Assembly: GCF_006345805.1 (NCBI RefSeq)
Contig: NC_042999.1
Span: 134,230,001 to 134,294,000, forward strand
Reading direction: 5' to 3'
Length of the DNA stretch: 64,000 bases
From: Octopus sinensis
Taxonomy: Eukaryota
Positions within the stretch are counted from its first letter, which is position 1, and the number at the start of each line of letters is the position of its first letter. A model generated the notes under the pieces. It searched no databases, was not told where the DNA came from, and was given only the letters and a program-made list of their open reading frames with translations. The position numbers were made by a program, and so were the translations under genes. Of the stretch, positions 52,845-64,000 are shown in pieces.

Positions 52845-53225
52845 TAGCTGTGTGGTAGGTAGCTTCTTTACCAACTACATGGTTCTGGGTTCAGTCCCAC
52901 TGCGTAGCACCTTGGGCAAGTGTCTTCTACTATAGCCTCGGGCCGACCAGAGCCTTGTAAGTGGATTTGGTAGATGAAAACTGAAAGAAGCCCGTTGTAT
53001 ATATATATATATATATATATATGCACATCTTTGTGTGCCTGTGTTTGTCCCGCACCATCGCTTGACAACCGATGTTGGTGTGTTTACGTCCCCATAACTT
53101 AACGGTTCGATAAAAAAAGTCCGATAGAATAAGTACTAAGGTTACAAAGAATAAGACCTGGGCGGTGCTCCAATATGGCCACATTCACATAACTGAACCA
53201 AATAAAAGGGTAGAAGAATAAAAGA
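52845..53225 (+). mobile_element. SINE family A
   Basis: Colinear with reference copy; directly abuts the 5' break of LINE copy 2. Confidence 0.85.
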
Positions 53226-53489
53226 ATATACATATACACACACACGCAAACACATATACGCATATGTATATATATATATACAACATAAGGTATGTACTTA
53301 TATATATACTGAGGTTACTACATGAGTACTTAGATCGCTAAAAATAGAAGTGAAAAATACTTATGTGCCACGGAATATGCACAAATCTACTACAGGCCTC
53401 GTGTGTGTGTGTATATATGTGTGTGTATGTGTGTGTGTGGGGGGGAATTCAAGGTAGAAAATGCTAAAATAATTTTATAAAAAGCATTT

Positions 53490-53525
53490 CAGTACCGGTT
53501 TCAGTCATTGAGACTTTTTCAACTG
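53490..53525 (-). ncRNA. Degenerate hammerhead-like motif
   Basis: CAG-TTGAAAA-AGTC-TCAAT-GACT-GAAA-CCGG-TA-CTG: three stems present, core has 2 deviations from CUGANGA. Confidence 0.4.
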
Positions 53526-53837
53526 TAAGTATGGAAAACAAATAAATTTTTGAAAAATTAAAAGTAAAGTTTTTTTAAAAGAATATTTGCATAGTATTCA
53601 AATACAAGGGGCATTTTATTTGTTTCTGCCTGTCTCGGTCACTCTTGTTTACTCTTATATATTTAAATGGCACACAAAATTATAATGTTTTTTTTTTTAT
53701 TTTGTTACAATTTTATTTTTATATATTCTTAAAGGCTATCATTCCAATTTTTAAAATTCTTTGGTATTTATAGTTTTATGTATTTCAGAAAAAATATCAC
53801 TACCAAAGGATAAGTGAACACATATCGTCCTATAATG

Positions 53838-54044
53838 GATTTCAAATTTTGGCACTAGGTCAGCGATTTCGGAGTAGGGGTAAGTCGATTACGTTGACGC
53901 CAGTGCTCGACTGGCACTTATTTTATTGACCCCGAAAGGGATAAAGGGAAAATCAACCTCGGCGCAGTTTGAACTCAGAACCTGAAGACGGACAAAATGC
54001 TGCTCAGCATTTTTTGTGCTAACAATTCTGCCAGCTCGCCACCT
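53838..54044 (-). mobile_element. SINE family B, tail type 1
   Basis: Same head/body/tail as 42263-42478. Confidence 0.8.
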
Positions 54045-54741
54045 TGGAAAAAAATGGTTTAATACAACGCTAACTCCGTTCTGTTGTCCGAGTATCTAGT
54101 TCAACTGCCCAGGGTGGTTGAGTTGGTGGTCAACATTAACGGATGGGCTGAGTAGCAGACCAGTGATCCTTGAATCTATAAGCCGTGGTAGTCAACGAAG
54201 TGACTGGGGATTAAATGTTGGTGGTTAATGGCTTCAGTGGGGTTAAGTACGTAACATGCGGTGAGGAGGTGGGAGGCAGCGAAGTATGAGGGAAGAACAG
54301 AAATAGGAGGCGAGGAGAAGCTAAAATGGCTAAAGTGACCATGGTTATTTGCCGATTTATATCAATGCTAAAGGGACGTTTGGATCACTGTGTTTTGTTT
54401 CTTTGTGTGTGTGTGTATGTGTGTGTGTGTGTGTGTGTGTGTTATTTCGTGTTAAAGTTGTCGTATTTGGGTAATTTCAATCAATCAACGACATGTATTC
54501 GGTTGAACAAAGCTACTGCTGTTTACGATAGTAATCGAAGAGGAACAACGTCAGGGTCATCTCTACTAAATGTCACCACGCTGTTCGAAGAATCACCATA
54601 GAGCAACGAAACCGCAGTTAGCTTTTTTGTTGTTGACGTATATGTAGTTTCAAAATGCCTTATTTCACAACTATGTGATGTATTGTTATTGTCTTGAGTT
54701 TTCAACAGCAAACACATTTCGTCAATATAAAAGTCTTTATT

Positions 54742-55157
54742 AGGGCGGCGAGCTGGGAGAAACGTTAGCACACCAGGCAAAATGCTTAGCGTATTTCGTC
54801 TGTCGCTACGTTCTGAGTTCAAATTCCGCCGAGGTCGACTTTATCTTTCATCCTTTCTGGGTCGATTAAATAAGTACCAGTTACGCACTGGGGTCGATAT
54901 AATCGACTTAATCCGTGTGTCTGTCCTTGTTTGTCCTTTCTGTGTTTAGCCCCTTGTGGGTAGTAAAGAAATAGGCATTTCGTCTGCCGTTACGTTCTGA
55001 GTTCAAATTCCGCCGAGGTCGACTTTGCCTTTCATCCTTTCGGGGTCGAGTAATAAGTACCATTTACGCACTGGGGTCGATGTAATCGACTTAATTCTTT
55101 TGTCTGTCATTGTTTGTCCCCTCTATGTTTAGCCCCCTGTGGGTAATAAAGAAATAA
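54742..55157 (+). mobile_element. SINE family B, tail type 2, tandem dimer (full unit plus 5'-truncated unit)
   Basis: Unit 1 54742-54972, unit 2 54973-55157, both ending TAGCCCC.TGTGGGTA.TAAAGAAATA. Confidence 0.85.
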
Positions 55158-55646
55158 ATATAGAAGTCTTTCTAGATTAAGATGACATTATCGAAACATG
55201 AAGGTAAAACAAAACAAATAGTGGCTTATACACCAGAAAATACGGTAATTGTGGAAGTGACAAGTTCGCTCGCTGGTTGCTAGTTGATAGTGTATACGGG
55301 AGGGAAAGAGTAAGGAATGCACGGCACCGACTAGAAAGGAAGAAAGGATAAAGGTGACGCATAGAACAGAGTGATGACATTTAGTAGAGATGACCTAGAA
55401 GTCGTTCCTCTTCGATTACAATCGCAAACAGCAGTGACTTTTTTCAACCGAGTACATAACGCTGATTGGTTGAAATTACCCAAATACGACAACTTTAACA
55501 CGAAATAACTTCTAAAATAGGAAATTTCGTCAAAAACGTTCAGAGTAAACTGTGTTCTACCTGAGAAATTCTATCAGTATTTGAAGTTTCAAATTGTTTA
55601 GTTAAAAAAATAATCTAAAAATCTGTGATTGAGATGGAATACATCC

Positions 55647-55681
<35 letters not shown>

Positions 55682-55790
55682 GGTGTGTGTGTGTGTGTGT
55701 GTGTATTAATGTTTGTTTTTATGTCAAGTTACGTATAAAATACAATTTAACATTTAACTGAAGAATTAAAAAATGCTGAAGAATTAAAAA

Positions 55791-55897
55791 AAACTTCGAA
55801 GTCACTATCAACGTAGATAGTGACTTCGAAGTTTCGACTTACACGCCTTCATTTTATCTGATGAAGGCGAGTAAGCCGTAACTTCGAAGTCACTATT
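55791..55897. other. Triple alternating inverted repeat built from a hammerhead motif
   Basis: 19-bp perfect hairpin 55791-55809/55816-55834. 36-bp hairpin 55817-55852/55861-55896 (3 mismatches). CTGATGA-A-GGC-GAGTAA-GCC-GTAA-CTTCGAAG-TC at 55858-55891. Confidence 0.7.
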
Positions 55898-56713
55898 CAA
55901 CTTTTTTCTTATAAAAGTTAATATATATATAATGGTATTATTCATTTGATGTTGACTTAGACACTGCAAATTTTTACTAAATGCATTAGATAATGTAGAA
56001 GTTAAATAAATTTTGTAACGACTAGTGACATATCAGAAGGGTATGGTTTCTTAAAATCATTATTAGTTAAGGAATACAAACAAAGTCGATGACATAAGCT
56101 GTAAAATATGATGACATACCGGCAGGGTATTGATGTTTAGATAAGTTAATCAAGGCAACACCTGGGGGGGATTTGAAAAGTGTTTTATTTATAAATTGTC
56201 TTGTTGAAGTAAATGTCATTCACTCTGTTTAAATCCGTGACAAATAGAAATATCTACCGTTTTACTTTTTCTCTGAGTGTGATTAGTTATATTCTATAGC
56301 AACAAAAGCAGAAAAGTTCTAGATCACGGCAATAAAATAATTCAAAATATCTTCCTGAACAAAACACGTAGCTGAGACATAGTTATTTTCGAAACATACC
56401 ACATATGTATTACCAGTCAAACATCACCAACATAACACAAGCAGATACAGCTGCTATACACACCGATATAGACAACTAACGAAGTGCTAAGACGGCAATA
56501 CGTCATCATCATTTACCCTAACTTGTTCGTATTTGCCTAACTGGATCACGCTACTTATCACAGTCACAATAAAACATCGCATGCAAATTTATCAATGAAA
56601 GTTTTTTTCTAAGCGGGTGACTCGTGTAGATTCCTTTCCGGGCTCTAAGGCGTATATCAGTAATGAGTTCTTGTTTGCCTCTCAATCACTCCTTCTAAAG
56701 ACATCAGTAATGT

Positions 56714-56753
<40 letters not shown>

Positions 56754-56778
56754 TTTACTTAGATGTTTTCACTAGAAG

Positions 56779-56939
56779 ATATGTGCCCTTGTGTGAAGTG
56801 TGCGTGTATGTATATGGTCATGTGTTTCAATCTTCATTTGCGTATGTACGTGTGTATATGTGCTTGTCTTTGTGACAAAGCAAACAGGGTGAACATGTGG
56901 TACAAAACCGACAAATATAAAGGAGTGATGTTTGAAGAG
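56779..56939. repeat. 161-bp local duplication (partner 59242-59402)
   Basis: Ungapped alignment, about 90 percent identity by eye. Confidence 0.85.
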
Positions 56940-56943
56940 GCTA

Positions 56944-57285
56944 CAAGCAAATATAAGCGCCATCTAGCCTTGCCTTCAGGTATTTAGTGAATGTCCGTGT
57001 AGTGAACTCTTATTCCTAAACGACAACGAAGGAGTTTATTTTAAGATCATCAGATAAATATGATTCCCAGATGATACTCAGACCATCAAGAACAGCCAAT
57101 GCTTTTGTGGGGCAAATTTTTACAACTTTTTCTGTGAATGCACTTTTACTTCTTAGGTACACGACAGAGTCTGTATATTTTAGAGGCTTTTGTTTGATTA
57201 TGCTTGTTAATTGCTCCTGATTGGAGCAGATTGGTTCGGTCTTTAAGGTATTAAAAGCAGAGACCAATATCTGGCCTCTTTTTGT
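56944..57285 (-). pseudogene. RTE-group LINE reverse transcriptase C-terminal fragment
   Basis: NTLKTEPICSNQ..PLKYTDSVVYLRS..TEK..KALAVLDGLSIIWESYLSDDLK..TFTKYLKARLDGAY matches the RTE pattern N..KTE..F.YLGS..KAW..L..IWKS.L..K..WTLTK..E..LDG.Y. Confidence 0.7.
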
Positions 57286-57585
57286 ATGGTGTTATTTTAT
57301 GAAACTTGAGGTGTTATTTTATGAAACTTTTAATCTTTATTAAGTTATAACTATCACTTATAAACAACTGATTTAAAAATATATTCTCAAAATTAACAAA
57401 AACAAAATATCACTTACGATGGCATAAGCATTAAATCGAAATATTCGATTTTAAAACGATATTAGAGAATAAGGTTAATCTATAAAATTAAGCGGGAAAT
57501 GCAAGTTACAGCTAATACAGATTATTAATCTCATAAGCAAAGAAATAGGATTAAAAAGCAAGAATATGTTGAAAAATATCAAGAA

Positions 57586-57622
<37 letters not shown>

Positions 57623-57629
<7 letters not shown>

Positions 57630-57930
57630 ATCACGTGAGCGATCAGACCATCAGATGTTGTTACACATCGCTGGTCACAATGCGTTCGCATTGTTTTAGC
57701 CTTCGAATGACGCCACCCCGCTGGCTAAGCGAGCAGGCCAACAGAAGAAAGAGTGGGAGAAAGAGTGGTGAAAGAGTACACCAGGGATCACCCCCCCACT
57801 GCCGGAGCCTCGTGGAGCTTTTAGGTGTTTTCGCTCAATAAACACTCACAACGCCCGGTCTGGGAATCGAAACTGCGATCCTGCGACCGCGAGTCCGCTA
57901 CCCTAACCACTGGGCCATTGCGCCTCCACA
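57623..57930 (-). mobile_element. SINE family C, tail type 2
   Basis: 57745-57930 matches family C head/body; 57623-57742 is unrelated to the tail of the other two copies; ends in (TA)n. Confidence 0.8.
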
Positions 57931-57972
57931 CAAACACACACCACACACACACACCACACATACACTATATAT

Positions 57973-58012
<40 letters not shown>

Positions 58013-59404
58013 AGATACTAGCAATGCTAGAGTTCATAATGATTTGGAAAATAATGACATCGATATTACTATGCATATTCAAAGCACTCTAATTCAAAAT
58101 ATAACATCTCACAAATGCATTCATTGCCAGTTGATAAGCGAGCAGAGATAAGCGCTGTCGATAGGATACATACTAGAAGCAACCAGTAATAAATTTACCA
58201 CACAAATATAGAAATATACAGAGACGATAGGTTGACTGTGTCACAACACATGAATGAATGCACACTGAATACCTTTAAAAACACCTATAGGCACATTTAA
58301 TTTAAGCTTAGCTAATGACCATTAGTAATAAACTTAGTTTCGTAAATTTCTAAAACATCATTCTAAATTTAAACACGGATAAATGCAAAAACTAATGAAA
58401 ATTTTACATGCATTCATATCATCTCCTGCCACCCAATCCATGCATTTTAAAAACTTCATGATGAACCTTAGTGAAAGCTTCTCCAACTTCTGATGATATA
58501 AAGAAATCTTTGTAAAGGTAATCCCGTTATAATAATAATAGTGATTTAGAAAATAGCTCATTGAATGTAAAGTTGATTTACTCCATTAACCGCTTATTGT
58601 CCTATATTAAGAATAGACTTTGGTAATATCTATTTTGCATCTTTTCCCTTAAATGTTCTGTAAAATTTTACCAAAAGTTTAGGAAAACTACTAGATAAAC
58701 CTTACCCAGATAACTCTCGTTACAGCAAACTGTCCATCAGGAATAGTATATTAATAAAGTACGGCCCCCCCCCTCTCGTCATGAAAAATGTAACTCGTAA
58801 GCCAACAAAATTAATAGAGGATAATTGTACACGAATACCAATTCATTCTCACTCAATAAATTATGCAATTCAGAAGCAACAATGTAGGAAGCAGCTATTT
58901 TCTTCTAAAGAGAGAGCAAATATTACATTTGTATGGTGGAAGTTAGCTTCATTCAGCTGTAAATCACCCTTCAGCATCATAGAATCCAACAAAATTATTC
59001 ATTTATATCAGGCGTTCAAGACTGCTGGACACTGGATTTAACATGATATAGGAAAATGTAGAACAATGGGGACCATAAACTACTGAACAGAAAAGACAAC
59101 CTTTGTTACCCAATCAACCCACATAAATCCTTTTTCCGATTCGATTTTTCGTTATTCAGGGGAAGACTACCCATTTATACCGCTAACAATAATACAGATA
59201 CAATGAACATGACCGTCTGTTATGTATGGGTATGTGTCTCCATATGTGTCTTTGTGTGAAGTGTGCGTGTGTGTATATGGTCATATGTTTCAGTCTTCAT
59301 TTGCGTATGTATGGTTGTATGTGTGCTTGTCTTTGGGACAAAGCAAATAGCGTGAACATCTGGTACAAGACCGACAAATATAAAGGAGTGATGTTTGAAG
59401 AGAA

Positions 59405-60197
59405 CTAGGAAGTAGATTTTGGAGAGCTCTCAAGGAGGCCAAACTCAACATTAAGATAGTTGAAAAGCCAAGGAGTTCCATCAGATCACAACTATGTGGG
59501 ACTAACCCTTTCAGAATACCACATGCAACAACGATAACAGCATGGTATGTAGGATTAGCCCTGGCATTAACTGAGAGAATATGACGACAAAAAACAGTCC
59601 TCTAATCCTCCATACTCTACCAACATGCCAATGACCAGCATGGAGGCAACCTGGGTCAACTTGACATCCGCATTTTATCCCAGCACCCAAAGGACCCAAC
59701 CCTCTGACAATGCCTGTGCAAGAAGATATTTTTTAAGTGAGGAAAGGCTGTGCGCTGAGTCAATCCCACTCACTAAGCAACAGCAGCCATAATCCGAAAA
59801 GAAGAACAAGTCAACATCATCGGTAACCACTGAGCCGCAGGTTTTATATCGGAGTTATCCCAGTTACCTGAGTTGCCTTCTCCCAGAAGGATGCCCTGAC
59901 AAAGGCTAGGAGTCCTTCATTCCCAATGGTTTAACTGCGAGATCGGGTATTCAATCCGATTATTTCTATGTCCCCGCGCATGACATAGCTTTAAGACATT
60001 TATTGGATGGCCGTTGACTCTCAAGAGTTCCTCCGCCCATTGACGGGTTTTGTTTTTCATCCCGCAGGGTGACCAATAAACACCCTCCTCACCAAGCGAG
60101 CTTGATGGGGTTGCCGGTTTAGTCGCCGACGACCCGACCATGCAACAGGTAGTACTGGGTTACATGTTACCAGTAGCACTCGAAAGTGACCTGACAT
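59405..60197 (-). mobile_element. Probable RTE-type LINE 5' region, with diverged relative at 60440-60663
   Basis: GAGTTGCCTTCTCC..GGATGCC..AAGGCTAG block resembles RTE 5' UTRs (from memory). CAGGTAGTACT..TTACATG.TACCAGTAGC and TGGATGGCCGTTG shared by both copies; both abut (ACAT)n. Confidence 0.45.
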
Positions 60198-60199
60198 AA

Positions 60200-60233
<34 letters not shown>

Positions 60234-60728
60234 CATACACACATACCATACATACATATACATGCATACATATCGTCGCCGTCGTTATGTATCGTACGTT
60301 TTTTGCAACGCATTGCTGAATCTGCATCAATGTTTTCCCGATTAAGTACGAATTCTCCTATCGGATGAAGACATAGCATTACTTCATTCTGATTTTATCA
60401 CTGGGCTTTCTTAGCAGAAATATTGGGGTGATTTGCAATTCCTTTCCCCAAATGGATGGCCGTTGGCACGCAAGAAGCTCATCCATGTCATGTTTGTAGT
60501 CATGCTGGTATTCAGACACACTTTTCACAAGTTCAGCAAGCTACTCTCGTGGGTGAGTCGGTCTGGTCACCGGCCACTCGACCACGAAGCAGGTAGTACT
60601 CGTTTACATGATACCAGTAGCGGTTTTCATCAACTAGTGAGGAGATTTCTGGTCTGACCATAATATACATACACATAATATACACATATAAGCACGTAGT
60701 TATATACATACATACATACATACATACA

Positions 60729-60762
<34 letters not shown>

Positions 60763-61318
60763 CATATATAATATATATATCTATATATATATATATAATA
60801 TATATATATATATATTATATAATATATATATATATATATATTCCGACATGCTGAATTTTTAGACATGTCTATATATATATGTATATATATGCATGTATGC
60901 ATGCATGTATGTATGCATGTATGTATGTATGTATGTATGTATGCATGTATGTATGTATGTATGTATGTATGTATGTATGTATGTACGTATGTATGTATGT
61001 ATGTTTGTATGTATATACATACATTTAACGTATACCGTATACAGTTATTCCACATTTTGCACCCACCTTCTCTGTTTCTCATAATTTCTTTGTTCTCTTT
61101 CCTGATTTGTAACTAGTGTTGGCCATGTGTTTAGAGCTTAACATTGCTTGGAGACCCTAGGCGTGATATTAAAAGCTGCCTAGAAAGCATCTCCAACTAT
61201 TAGTACCTCACAACTAAATACTGTGTACATTATGATATATATATACATACATATGCATACACACACATACACACACATGTATGTATTATATATATTGTGT
61301 GTATATATATATATATTA

Positions 61319-61353
<35 letters not shown>

Positions 61354-61363
61354 ATATAGATAT

Positions 61364-61406
<43 letters not shown>

Positions 61407-61495
61407 GTGAATTACTCGTGACTCGTGAATTCATTACACACACATGGACTAAATTTCTTCTTAAGAACAAATATATATCATATAAATTAAACATT

Positions 61496-61530
61496 ATATC
61501 ATGAATAGCGATTGCGAAACCGGTCGATAT
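61496..61530 (+). ncRNA. Degenerate hammerhead-like motif within a 230-bp insert in (TA)n (about 61404-61640)
   Basis: ATATC-ATGAATA-GC-GATT-GC-GAAA-CCGG-TC-GATAT: 5-bp stem I, palindromic ACCGGT stem III, GUC triplet; core has 2 deviations. Confidence 0.45.
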
Positions 61531-61636
61531 ATTAAAAATTATATTATAACCATGTAAGTGTGCGTATTTTCCTTTTTTTATTCTTATATACATTACAATC
61601 CACCACGTGGGGACAACCGAAATTCTTCTTTTCTGT

Positions 61637-61716
<80 letters not shown>

Positions 61717-61892
61717 TAAATGGAACAAAAACACAATAGAGGACAGGCAAAAAACGATGGGTCATTGGTGGCTTTCTTTCCTCAGTCAAGTACCAGAAGT
61801 CACGACCATTTCGGGCAGTTACGCTTGAGATGGTTTGATACATACATGCATACACACACGCACATACACCACACACCACACACACACACTAT

Positions 61893-61925
<33 letters not shown>

Positions 61926-63087
61926 GAGAGTTAGGGTGTACCTCTCTCTATGTGTGTGTGTATAGAGATAGATTGATAGATAGATATACATATGTATATA
62001 TACACACATATACATACTCATATATATGTGGGGATGCGTGCGCGCGTGTATATGTGTATAGCGGTGTGTGTATTTATACATATACAAACCCCCAACCACA
62101 CAGCACATATGAATAGATGTATGTATGCAGCTGCGTATATTTTGTACATAAGTATATTTAACATGTATGTATATATGTATGTGCGGTCATGTGTGTGTAT
62201 GTGCGCATTCATGCACATGTATAACTGTATGTATACACACAAATGCTTAAATCCGCATATATAAATCCATAACAATACGCCTCTTTACACACACATATAC
62301 ATACATTGCTTCAAACATTCACACATCTTTAAATATATGTATGAACGATTTGCATCGCACATGCGTAAATACATGCATAAATACACACACACACACACAC
62401 CACACATACACATACATACATACATACATACATACATACATACATACATACATACATACATACATACATACATACATACACGGAGACACACATGGACTTG
62501 TATAATATGTAAGAAAGCCTTGATATATGTTATATGGTGACGTCCCCGTCCAGTAGTCAATTTACATGTCAGGTTGTAGTTATCAACGCTGTACCATAAA
62601 ACTGTCCTTGCTGCGATCGAGAATACAATGGTTACATAGAACGATTTAAGAGAACGGTATAGCTTTCATTAATATTACCAGCACGTCACATGTCGTAAAT
62701 TTACTGCCTTCTACACAGTCGCAAAAACGATATGTCTACTTACATGTATACATGCACGCAAACCATATATTATATATATATACACACACTCAGGTATGTG
62801 CGTGTGTGTGTTTGTGTGTGTGTTTCTGTGTGTGTGTGTGTGTGTAAGGGAAAGAGAGATAGACAGAGACAGAGTGTGTGTGTGTGTATGTGTGTGTGTG
62901 TCAGATACACACATGTATACAGAAGTACATATCTGGATATAAAGACACACACACACATTTATATATGTATATATAGAGTGAGAGAGAGAGAGGGAGAGAG
63001 AGGGAGAGGTGCTAGAGACAGACATACATACACACGCGATCACACTACACACCTATATCTACATAAGTATGTGTGGGTGTATGTATG

Positions 63088-63128
<41 letters not shown>

Positions 63129-64000
63129 TGTGTGTGCGCGTATGTGTGTGTGTGTACATGCATGTGCATATAGAACGAATTATCTCTTAGCCAAACGAAG
63201 AAAATAATACACTGAAGTAGGCTTTCACAAACAATACTGACCTTATACATGATGTCCAAATAACGCATTCAGTAATTCTAACTTTTGTATCATAGATCTA
63301 TCTTGGGTATTAAAGAGCTACTTGTCATACGCGCTTCAAGGTAGGCCTCAGCTAAGTAATACCCCTCATCAACGTTCGTGTAGAGTGGAAAGTAGAGAAT
63401 AACAGAAAACAGCTTGTTAAGACCTCTATTCACAAACTCCTTCCTATAAATGATATATCCCACGAAAAATATATTTTGGGTTTTCTTTTTACCTGCCACA
63501 GATCTATTGGAAATGTCCAGTGAGTATCAAGTTTGAGACCCAGATGAGCACAAGAGTGCACAGCACTCTACCAACTGCTTAGCATTTAAGCCGCTCTTCG
63601 CTTGCAAGCTATCTGACATCACCCCTTAAGCTCGTCTTATGATTTCGAACTTTAGTTCTCTGTTTATCGCTGCCATAAAGTACTAAGCACTTCAAAGAAT
63701 TCTAATTACTCCTAATTGCTTCTCTCAGCAACTGCCACCCTCTCCAGTTTTCATCGGTCATCAGCAGATCATTTGCCACAACTATCTCCTCAGTCCGGTG
63801 GCCTGGCGTGCAAAGGATACAAGATCAACAAACCCTATTCTTACTCGACAGAGAGAAAATAAAAGACTATAAAATCAATCAGGCGACGAATTGTCTGAGT
63901 CCTTAGAGCGTCGACTATTTCCTCGATGGGTCCAAGTCCTGCCGAACTCAGCTTTACCTTTCATTTTTTCGGGCTTGTAACCAATCCAAGGCAATGGATT

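Noticed and set aside
63230-63700. Possible RTE remnant (VLYGS.., EERLK) on minus strand
   Set aside because: Two short matches only; too weak to list as a feature.

Overview
AT-rich, microsatellite-saturated eukaryotic DNA. The density of (TA)n/(CA)n/(TACA)n/(GATA)n tracts and the tRNA-headed SINE families suggest an octopod cephalopod intron or intergenic region (inference, no database check). I recognise no intact host protein-coding gene, and almost every ORF in the track is a translation of simple repeats. Recognisable content: (1) at least four tRNA-derived SINE families (over 30 copies or fragments, several with clean TSDs); (2) two 5'-truncated Tx1/L1-type LINE copies, three R4/Dong-type 3' ends and RTE-type fragments; (3) a mariner remnant, a decayed hAT (Buster/Charlie-type) transposase and three MITEs. 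Two signals stand out. First, about a dozen short non-coding elements, mostly embedded in (TA)n tracts, carry minimal hammerhead-ribozyme motifs (Penelope pLTR/retrozyme-like), including one intact core, a tandem dimer and a triple inverted arrangement. Second, a SINE subfamily has a 3' tail matching the 3' end of the Tx1-like LINE in the same window. All alignments and folds were done by eye, and element boundaries are approximate unless TSDs/TIRs are quoted.
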